NCBI GenBank assembly: GCA_030753015.1
Contig: JASMDC010000067.1
Location: forward strand, 1 to 11,226
DNA length: 11,226 nt
From: Candidatus Undinarchaeales archaeon
Lineage (GTDB): Archaea > SpSt-1190 > JASMDC01
Direction of reading: 5' to 3'
In this document: in pieces, positions 1 through 6,115 of the stretch
Layout: each line of letters opens with the position of its first letter
How positions within the stretch are numbered: position 1 is the stretch's first letter
Notes under the pieces: generated by a model
Seen by the model: only the letters and a program-made list of their open reading frames with translations
The model's database searches: none
What the model was told of the DNA's origin: nothing
Position numbers and translations under genes: made by a program

Positions 1-498
1 CTCCTGCAAGATGGTGAGCCGTGTAACGACGGCACTGGCGCCTGCACCGAGGGCGAATGCGTCGACATCATCGAGGATAACGCCAAGTGCCAGGTCGACG
101 ATGATTGCGAAACCGACCAGTACTGCGAGGACGGGGACTGCGTGTACAAGGCACCAGATCCGACTCTGGATCCGTCCGAATGCCAGGCCGACGATGACTG
201 TGACGAGGGCTTCTACTGCGAGGACGGGGACTGCCTGTACAAGGCACCAGATCCGACTCTGGATCCGTCCGAATGCCAGGCCGACGATGACTGTGACGAG
301 GGCTTGTACTGCGAGGACGGGGACTGCGTGTACAAGGCACCTGAGGGTGAAGGAGAGAAGACGTGTGACGATGGCTTCGTCTACGACGATGATCTCGATA
401 TGTGCGTGCCCGAACAGATTGATATGGACAAGGAGTGTGACCCGCCCTGTGGCGACGGTGAGAAGTGCGAAGCGGGTTACTGCGTGCTGACGTTCTAA
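1..498 (+). CDS. 3' end of a Cys/Asp-rich, probably extracellular repeat protein (5' truncated by the window)
   Basis: Frame +1 is open from base 1 to TAA at 496-498: LLQDGEPCNDGTGACTEGECVDIIEDNAKCQVDDDCETDQYCEDGDCVYKAPDPTLDPSEC...GYCVLTF. Repeated C-x5-C-x5-C-x4-C units. The ORF-track start at 142 is internal. Confidence 0.85.
   Translation, partial: LLQDGEPCNDGTGACTEGECVDIIEDNAKCQVDDDCETDQYCEDGDCVYKAPDPTLDPSECQADDDCDEGFYCEDGDCLYKAPDPTLDPSECQADDDCDEGLYCEDGDCVYKAPEGEGEKTCDDGFVYDDDLDMCVPEQIDMDKECDPPCGDGEKCEAGYCVLTF
121..341 (+). repeat. Near-perfect 93-bp (31-aa) intragenic tandem repeat, about 2.4 copies
   Basis: TACTGCGAGGACGGGGACTGC starts at 121, 214 and 307. Unit YCEDGDC[VL]YKAPDPTLDPSECQADDDCDEG[FL]. 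Confidence 0.95.
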
Positions 499-527
499 GG
501 AACGCTGCCGATAGACAGACGAGTAAC

Positions 528-571
528 GCGACGCCGCGGTACCCCCGCGGCGTCGCCTTTATTATTCTTTT
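528..571 (+). terminator. GC stem-loop plus T-rich tract
   Basis: Perfect 12-bp inverted repeat GCGACGCCGCGG (528-539) / CCGCGGCGTCGC (545-556), 5-nt loop, then CTTTATTATTCTTTT; about 30 nt after the stop at 498. Confidence 0.7.
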
Positions 572-720
572 GTTCTCATCCGACCTCCATGGGGAAAAGG
601 ATATTCAGTCCCGTCTTCAAAAGTAATCTGATTCGGGCCCGTATCTGAACGTCTACTTTTTGCACCATCTTCCTTGCGTACCACGATTTCCATAGAGGCT
701 CCATGAGTAATCAAGGACAC

Positions 721-787
721 CCCTAACACAAACCAAATAAAATCGTGTTACTACCCAAACAAATTTAAAACTAATAAACCCTAACAC
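721..787 (+). promoter_or_regulatory. Putative transposase promoter with repeated CCCTAACAC motifs
   Basis: AT-rich stretch with TTTAAAA at 764-770, about 30 nt before ATG 799. CCCTAACAC at 721-729 and 779-787; inverted partial copy GTGTTA at 745-750. Confidence 0.5.
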
Positions 788-798
788 TATTGAGCCTC

Positions 799-2538
799 AT
801 GGTCCAACTCGTCAAGAAGACGTTCGGCAAGTATTCCTACTACTACCTCGTGGAGAAGAAGAAGGTCGATGGTAAGGTGAAGACCCTCTGGCAGATCTAC
901 CTGGGCACCCCCGAGAAGATCGCCGAGTTCTACCGGGCCCACAAGGATCTTCCTGAGGTCAAGCTGAAGTCCTTCCCCTTCGGCCTCGACGCGGCCCTCC
1001 TCGCCGTGTCCGATGACCTCGGCTTCGTCGATGTCGTCGATACGCACACGTCCAAGAAGAAGATAAAAGGCCTCACTGTGGGCGAGTACGCCCTCCTCGT
1101 GCTCATGGGGCGGTGCAGCGCGCCCGTGAGCAAGGAGGGGGTGGAGCGGTGGTTCAACAAGGACACATTCCTTCACCTGCTCTGGAGCTTCCCGCACCAG
1201 CTCTCGGGCCAGAACGTGCGCAACCACCTCGACTACCTGCTCACCCCCGAAGAGGAGTCGCGCGGAGATCCTGGGGCGATCCGGAACATCGAGGAGGATC
1301 TGGCCCGCGCCCTGCTCGTGCAGGGCGTGAAACCGACCACGCTCATCTGGGACACCACCAACGTGTTCACCCACATCGAGAAGGGCGGCAAGCTGCTGAA
1401 GAAGACGAAGAGCAAGCAGATGCGGTTCGACAAGAACCACGTCGCGTTCGGCCTTGCCGTCAGTCAGGAGAACATCCCGTTCCTCAGCGAGGTGTACGAG
1501 GCTAACGAGCCCGACGTCACGCTCTTCCCCAAGGTCTTCGGTCGTCTCGTGGACCGCCTCGTCAGGCTGAACATCGACACAGAGGGCCTCACGCTGGTGT
1601 TCGACAAGGGCAACAACTCCGTGGACAACCTAAAGGCCGTCCTCGGGCACATGCATGTGGTTGGTGCCCTGCGGAGGGACCATCCCGTGGCCGCCGAACT
1701 GCTGGCCATCGACGCGAAGGAGTACGAACCCCTCTACACGACCGGCAAGGGGCACGCGGTGACGGGGCTGCGGAGGGACGACGTCGGGCTCTTCGGCATG
1801 GACCGGCCCTTCACGGTGGTGGCCAAGCACAACGATGGCACCCGGAGGAAGCAGGAGGGCACGTACGACAGAACCACGGCTCGGATCATCGAAACGCTGG
1901 AGGAGTTGAAGGCCAAGGCGGGGCGCGTTGGCGGGCGCGGGCGGCGCATGACCGAGGAGGGGCTGCACCGTGCCATCAACGACGCAATCTACAAGGACTA
2001 CCGCGCCCTGTTCCACTACACGGTCAGAAAGAAGGAGGTCGAGATCCCTGGAAAGAACAGGAGGTCCACCATCCTCGACCTTGAGTACTGGCTCGATGAG
2101 GAAAAGGAAAGGGAGCGCCCGGAAGGATTCGGCAAGAGCGTGCTCTTCACGGACAACACCGGCTGGTCCACTGCCGATATCTCCAAGGCGTACGACTCCA
2201 AGAACATCATCGAGGACGACTTCGCGTGCTTCAAGGGCAGGCTGTTCGTCCGTATCATGCCCATCGAGGTGCGCAAGGACAACAGGGTGCGCGTCCACGT
2301 CGAACTGTGCGTTTGGGGGATGCTCTTCTATCGCTACCTCGCACGCAAGCTGAAGACGATGGGGATTGACGTCACCTTTGGGCGGATGATCGAGGAGTTG
2401 AAGGACATACGGCTTGCTGTGGTCGAGAACAAGGAGAGCAATAAGATCGAGATAAAGCTTGAGGAGATGAATCCTCTCCAGGCGAGGATTTTCACCGCTC
2501 TCAACCTCGCACGCTACATTCCCGAAAGCAAGAGGTAG
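799..2538 (+). CDS. IS1634-family DDE transposase (579 aa from ATG 799; TTG 790 is an alternative start)
   Basis: N-terminal YYYLVE..KVDGKVK..WQIYLG motif typical of IS1634 transposases. Catalytic motifs IWDTTN, LVFDKGNNS and Y..K.IIEDDF; C-terminal RVRVHV.LC. Frame is uninterrupted. Confidence 0.92.
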   Translation: MVQLVKKTFGKYSYYYLVEKKKVDGKVKTLWQIYLGTPEKIAEFYRAHKDLPEVKLKSFPFGLDAALLAVSDDLGFVDVVDTHTSKKKIKGLTVGEYALLVLMGRCSAPVSKEGVERWFNKDTFLHLLWSFPHQLSGQNVRNHLDYLLTPEEESRGDPGAIRNIEEDLARALLVQGVKPTTLIWDTTNVFTHIEKGGKLLKKTKSKQMRFDKNHVAFGLAVSQENIPFLSEVYEANEPDVTLFPKVFGRLVDRLVRLNIDTEGLTLVFDKGNNSVDNLKAVLGHMHVVGALRRDHPVAAELLAIDAKEYEPLYTTGKGHAVTGLRRDDVGLFGMDRPFTVVAKHNDGTRRKQEGTYDRTTARIIETLEELKAKAGRVGGRGRRMTEEGLHRAINDAIYKDYRALFHYTVRKKEVEIPGKNRRSTILDLEYWLDEEKERERPEGFGKSVLFTDNTGWSTADISKAYDSKNIIEDDFACFKGRLFVRIMPIEVRKDNRVRVHVELCVWGMLFYRYLARKLKTMGIDVTFGRMIEELKDIRLAVVENKESNKIEIKLEEMNPLQARIFTALNLARYIPESKR

Positions 2539-2677
2539 ACGGGAAACGAATTAATTCCTGATAGGTACAACCAAAAAACGCTAGACGCAAGGCCCGTTTT
2601 TCAATAACTTTTGATGACGGGTCAGTGCCCTTCTTGTCATCAGCCTGGTGCTGATCGCAGGCTGCGTCGACGGTGAG

Positions 2678-2762
2678 GACGTCAAGGTTGACACAGGTGA
2701 CGTCAAGGTGGATGTCAGCGGCGATGATGTGAAGGTTGACACGGGTGACGTCAAGGTGGATG
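2678..2762 (+). repeat. 48-bp (16-aa) duplication DVKVDTGDVKVD in the interrupted lipoprotein
   Basis: GACGTCAAGGTTGACACAGGTGACGTCAAGGTGGATG at 2678 versus GATGTGAAGGTTGACACGGGTGACGTCAAGGTGGATG at 2726; differences are synonymous. Confidence 0.85.
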
Positions 2763-2853
2763 CTGACGACGAGGGTGTAGATGTGGATGTCGACGACCTG
2801 GACATCCCGGTAGATATCCCAACATAGGGGAAGATAGGAATCCTGGATGGCAT

Positions 2854-2894
2854 CGCCGCAGGTCTCGGCCTGCGACGTCGTCTTTTTATTCTTT
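2854..2894 (+). terminator. GC stem-loop plus T-rich tract
   Basis: CGCAGG (2857-2862) / CCTGCG (2869-2874) stem with imperfect extension, followed by TCTTTTTATTCTTT. Confidence 0.55.
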
Positions 2895-2921
2895 AACTAA
2901 AATAGGTATAGAGGTAATACC

Positions 2922-5033
2922 ATGAAGCACAACACACTAATTGCGCTCCTGCTGGCAGCGCTACTCTTGGGAACCATCCCTGCCGGATTGGCCCAGGACG
3001 CGGATACAGCCGTAGAGACCGTGACCGATGACACCTCCGCTGATGCGGCAGGTGATACCTTGAGTGCAGCTGTAGAGGACGGCGAGCTCGACCGAGTCGC
3101 CGTTAAGGAGGCGATCACCAATGCGTACGTCGCCAAGAAGCTCAATCGTGCCCATGTGCGACGGTTACTTGCGAGGATGTACGCCCGACGCGCGCTCAAG
3201 CGTGCTGATCTCAGGTGGTTGCTCATCAACTCCTACAAGGAGGGCAAGCTCACCCGCGACGATGTACGAGAGCTCATCTTCAACATGTACAAGGAGAAGC
3301 ACCTGCGCCGTGCGGACGTCCGCTGGCTCATCGTTCATGCCTACAAGAACAATGAGCTCACCCGCGACGACGTGCGTGAGATCCTTGGCGCTGCCCACAA
3401 GGCCGGCGTGCTCACAAAGGCGGACCTCAAGTGGCTTGTCGTCTCGGCATACAAGGCCGGAGAACTCAAGCGCTCGGACCTCATGGAGCTGGCAGGGGCC
3501 ATGTACAAGAACGGCCACCTCGCTCGCGCGGACCTGAAGTGGCTCATTATCAATGGCTACAAGGCCGGCGAGCTGCGGCGGAGTGACGTGCGGTTCATGA
3601 TTGCAAAGGCCCACAAGCTCGGCCACCTTAAGCGCTCTGACGTGCGCTGGATCCTGGTACAGGCCCACAAGGCGGGTGAGCTCGAGGCTGGTGACATCCA
3701 CTGGATCCTCAAGAACGCCGTCGCCCAGGGCGAGATGACCAAGGAGGACGCGACAGGGATTATCACCGAGGCCGTTGATGCCGGTGAGCTCACCGTCGAG
3801 GACGTGGACGCCGCAGAGGTCGTGGCGGAGGCTGATAAGGTCGTCGCCGTCGAGGAGGAGGACGAGCCCTTCACCAACGATGCTTCCGTGGTCGCCTTCC
3901 TCGCTGTGAAGGGTAGGCTCATGGAGATGGACATCCTCGCTCGTGCTATGATCGCCTTCCACCGCTCCAAGGGGCGTGACGTGACGCCCCTCGTCGAGAA
4001 GCGCACAGCCTTCATCGATGCTATCCAAGAGCTCGAGGACGCGGCCCAGGACGATGACAAGGAGCTCGTCAAGACGAAGGGTGCTGCGATCAAGGCGGCC
4101 GCCGTGGCCTTCCAGCAAGCGAACAAGGGTATGCTCCAGCAGGGTGACAAGGTCGCTATCGGTATGTTCATGATCAAGCACCGTAATAAGTACAAAGCTG
4201 AGATCGATGAGCTCAAGAAGGCGGTGGCCATGCGAGTCGCTGCCCGGCGTCTTGCAGCCTTCGACCGCCACGTTAAGCGCGCTGAGCGTATGGTGGCCAA
4301 GGCCAAGGCAGAGGGCATCGACACATCCGTCGTGGACCCGAAGCTCGCGGAGGTCAAGGCGGCACGGACAGCGCTGACCGATGCGTTCAACAGCGGTAAG
4401 AAGGCAGAGATCGCCAAGGCCGCTCGGGACGTGAAGAAGAAGAGTGCTGAGCTAAAGCGCGTGTTCGAGCGCGAGGCCAGGAAGGCCATGGCCACCAAGT
4501 TCCTTGCTAGGACAGAGGTGGCATCGGCCAAGGTGCACGGCTTCCTCGACGCTGCTGACGAGCAGGGCATGGCCACCGCTCAGGAACGGGCCAAGCTCGA
4601 GAAGATCGATGCTCATGTCGCAAAGGCACGAGCGAACCTCGAGGCCGGAAAGTACGGTATGGCCCTTGGCAACCTTCGCGCGGCCAACCGCCAGTTCCAC
4701 GCGCTCAAGCGTGGGATGAAGGCGCGCGCCCTGTTCGGCAAGCGCGGTGCGATCCGTGCCTATGTCAAGAAGGTGCGCCACCCGCTCCTGCGGCTCAAGC
4801 GTGCTGCTGTGGCCCTTGAGAAGAACGGTGTGGACATATCCGCCGAGAAGGAGCAGGCCGAGCAGGTCAAGACGCTGCTGGACAGCGCTGGCGAGAAGGT
4901 CAAGGCCGAAGATTATGACGGTGCCCTCGAGGACGCTAAGAAGGCACGAGAGACCTTCAACACCATGCGCAGCTCCCTGATCGAGAAGGTCAAGAGCCTG
5001 AAGGCCTCCAAGGCCACCGAGGGAGGTGCCTAA
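2922..5033 (+). CDS. Secreted alpha-helical repeat protein (703 aa), function unknown
   Basis: GAGGT RBS before the ATG. Signal peptide MKHNTLIALLLAALLLGTIPAGLA-Q, acidic linker, 13 x 18-aa repeats, acidic hinge, then an Ala/Lys-rich helical region with recurring G-x-D-x-S/T turns. No C-terminal TM anchor. Confidence 0.9.
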   Translation: MKHNTLIALLLAALLLGTIPAGLAQDADTAVETVTDDTSADAAGDTLSAAVEDGELDRVAVKEAITNAYVAKKLNRAHVRRLLARMYARRALKRADLRWLLINSYKEGKLTRDDVRELIFNMYKEKHLRRADVRWLIVHAYKNNELTRDDVREILGAAHKAGVLTKADLKWLVVSAYKAGELKRSDLMELAGAMYKNGHLARADLKWLIINGYKAGELRRSDVRFMIAKAHKLGHLKRSDVRWILVQAHKAGELEAGDIHWILKNAVAQGEMTKEDATGIITEAVDAGELTVEDVDAAEVVAEADKVVAVEEEDEPFTNDASVVAFLAVKGRLMEMDILARAMIAFHRSKGRDVTPLVEKRTAFIDAIQELEDAAQDDDKELVKTKGAAIKAAAVAFQQANKGMLQQGDKVAIGMFMIKHRNKYKAEIDELKKAVAMRVAARRLAAFDRHVKRAERMVAKAKAEGIDTSVVDPKLAEVKAARTALTDAFNSGKKAEIAKAARDVKKKSAELKRVFEREARKAMATKFLARTEVASAKVHGFLDAADEQGMATAQERAKLEKIDAHVAKARANLEAGKYGMALGNLRAANRQFHALKRGMKARALFGKRGAIRAYVKKVRHPLLRLKRAAVALEKNGVDISAEKEQAEQVKTLLDSAGEKVKAEDYDGALEDAKKARETFNTMRSSLIEKVKSLKASKATEGGA
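3090..3791 (+). repeat. 13 tandem 18-aa (54-bp) protein repeats
   Basis: Gap-free register from DRVAVKEAITNAYVAKKL to TKEDATGIITEAVDAGEL; consensus xRxD[VL][RK][WE]Lhxx[AM][YH]KxGxL. Confidence 0.92.
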
Positions 5034-5034
5034 G

Positions 5035-5406
5035 ATGGAACGGGACACCCTGTACACCCTCGTGGTACTGGGCCTGATCATGTGTTTGGCGATGACTGCT
5101 GGTTGTGTCGGGCGTGGCAAGCGCGCCGGTAAGCAACCACCGCCCAAGACGCCGCCCGGGCCCGCTGTGACGGGGACGCCCGCGGCTACTGCCGTACCGT
5201 CCGAGCCCACTGAGCCAGTCGAGACCGCTGCCCCTGTCACAGAGATGGACCTCGATGTCGAGGACATAGAGGATATCGATGTGCCCGATCTCTCGGATGA
5301 CGACTTTGAAGTACCCGATATCCCCGAGGACGAATTGACCATTGACGAGCCCGATTTCGCCGAGGAGTCGGAACTCGATGTCGGCGACATGGAAACGACC
5401 GCCTAG
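5035..5406 (+). CDS. Lipoprotein (123 aa) with Pro/Thr-rich linker and very acidic tail
   Basis: GGAGGTG RBS at 5022-5028 inside the upstream gene, and a TAA-G-ATG junction, so the start is 5035 rather than GTG 5026. Hydrophobic stretch ends in AMTAG-C lipobox. Confidence 0.85.
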   Translation: MERDTLYTLVVLGLIMCLAMTAGCVGRGKRAGKQPPPKTPPGPAVTGTPAATAVPSEPTEPVETAAPVTEMDLDVEDIEDIDVPDLSDDDFEVPDIPEDELTIDEPDFAEESELDVGDMETTA

Positions 5407-5421
5407 GAAGGCATGGATAAT

Positions 5422-5461
5422 CCGCCCGGGTCACTTGGCCCGGGCGGTTATTTCTTCTTTT
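5422..5461 (+). terminator. GC stem-loop plus T-rich tract
   Basis: CCGCCCGGG (5422-5430) / CCCGGGCGG (5439-5447) stem followed by TTATTTCTTCTTTT, 15 nt after the stop. Confidence 0.75.
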
Positions 5462-5508
5462 CCCGAACGACGCCTTGTGTCGAGGTGCCCCGCTCCGGGA
5501 TTATACAT

Positions 5509-5680
5509 GTGACATCCTCCCATGGATAAATCCATAGGTTTCCAGTGTCTATCGCCCCGAAGGGCTCACCGCGTATAGTTCCTGGTTCCGCGACTCCACT
5601 TGCCCCCGCCTTACTGGTGGGAGTAGAGACGGGATCTCCACAGGCGTGACTTCGGACTCGTCCAGCCCTAGTTTCTGCGA
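5509..5680 (-). ncRNA. Putative omega-RNA (reRNA) scaffold overlapping the tnpB 3' end; 5' boundary approximate
   Basis: Position between the tnpB RuvC-III motif and the right end is where TnpB omega-RNAs are encoded. Contains GCCC-TTCG-GGGC (cUUCGg tetraloop, 5565-5554) and the right-end hairpin. Expression is not shown. Confidence 0.5.
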
Positions 5681-5960
5681 TTTTTTCTCTGCGACGTTCA
5701 AATCCAGATGCGCTTTTTATCCACAATGCGAGCACCAATGGACGCGAATCAGCACCGAGGGAACTATGTCCCCGCACAAGCTACACATCCGTGATGTGTT
5801 ACTCAGGCCCTAATCGACCAGCTCCGCTTCGGCCGCTATAGCCTGGTAGCGGAGCATACCGATGAAGGCATTCTACGGATTACTCCAAGGTACCATTGCT
5901 TCTTAATACCACCTGAATACCCTTGAGCATCCCTCCAGTCAGTAGTAGGTCGTTCAAGGA
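5549..5960 (-). pseudogene. tnpB: tnpB C-terminal remnant (RNA-guided nuclease) with in-frame stops
   Basis: One minus frame reads *NAFIGMLRYQAIAAEAELVD*GLSNTSRMCSLCGDIVPSVLIRVHWCSHCG*KAHLDLNVAEKKSQKLGLDESEVTPVEIPSLL...QVESRNQELYAVSPSGR*. This fits TnpB W..F...L.YKA, TS..C..CG / C..CG zinc ribbon, D.N.A RuvC-III and the EVTPVE tail. A frameshifted LNDL....GMLK upstream resembles RuvC-II EDL...GM.K. Confidence 0.85.
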
Positions 5961-6076
5961 TAAATTGGAAAGGGGGGTGGCGTGCCGGTACTCAGGTAGG
6001 TATCTTACCTTTCGGATCTGGTATCCTTCAGAGGAACAGGACATTCATCCCTCCCATGAATATTAGGGTGTTTTAC

Positions 6077-6094
6077 GTCAAACATTTTATAAAT
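6077..6094 (+). promoter_or_regulatory. Archaeal-type BRE/TATA promoter
   Basis: GTCAAACA-TTTTATAAA (TATA 6085-6093), 22 nt before ATG 6116; no RBS, consistent with a leaderless transcript. Confidence 0.6.
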
Positions 6095-6115
6095 GAAGTC
6101 CGCCTTTCTCCAACC

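Larger units (their letters stand above)
610..2621 (+). mobile_element. Complete IS1634-family insertion sequence (2012 bp)
   Basis: Left end CCCGTCTTCAAAAGT (610-624) versus reverse complement of right end CCCGTCATCAAAAGT (2607-2621): 14/15 match, with weaker similarity continuing inward (CGGGCC). Direct repeat TCAGT at 605-609 and 2622-2626. One transposase ORF. Confidence 0.93.
589..2827 (+). pseudogene. Small acidic lipoprotein gene (73 aa reconstructed) interrupted by the IS1634 element; pieces 589-609 and 2627-2827
   Basis: Removing the IS and one TCAGT copy restores one frame: MGKRIFS|ALLVISLVLIAGCVDGEDVKVDTGDVKVDVSGDDVKVDTGDVKVDADDEGVDVDVDDLDIPVDIPT*. It has a basic N-region, hydrophobic core and LIAG-C lipobox. 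Confidence 0.9.
5509..6076 (-). mobile_element. Degenerate, internally deleted IS200/IS605-family (tnpB) element; right end clear, left end tentative
   Basis: Minus-strand right end GGAAA-CCTATGGA-TTTA-TCCATGGG-AGGATGTCAC (hairpin 5519-5538, terminal TCAC ending at 5509) has the typical IS605-group form. Candidate decayed left end GTAAAACA-CCCT-AATATTCATGGG-AGGG-ATGAA (6076 to about 6044), preceded by TTGAC. A tnpB fragment lies between. Confidence 0.75.

Noticed and set aside
121-341. Tandem repeats as a CRISPR array
   Set aside because: Units are contiguous, a multiple of 3, in frame within a CDS and have no unique spacers; no cas genes in the window.
11-490. 159-aa + ORF and 90-aa minus ORF over the repeat
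   Set aside because: Alternative frames of the Cys-rich CDS, kept open by high GC and repetition.
2581-2853. 90-aa Ser/Thr-rich minus-strand ORF
   Set aside because: Antisense shadow of the Asp/Val-rich lipoprotein; it also runs across the IS boundary.
3165-5390. Long minus-strand ORFs (368, 339 and 312 aa)
   Set aside because: Antisense to well-supported + genes; expected from GC-rich codon bias; no recognisable motifs.
5448-5777. 109-aa minus ORF from the ORF track
   Set aside because: Wrong frame of the tnpB relic; it runs through the element end into the terminator. The TnpB motifs are in a different, stop-containing frame.
5549-5880. Stop-codon readthrough (pyrrolysine or recoding) rescuing tnpB
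   Set aside because: Stops are mixed TAG and TAA, there is a frameshift, the N-terminal part is missing, and TAG ends several intact genes here.
6056-6115. ORF-track start of the 883-aa protein
   Set aside because: The extra 20 codons overlap the TATA box and putative IS end; the signal peptide begins at ATG 6116.
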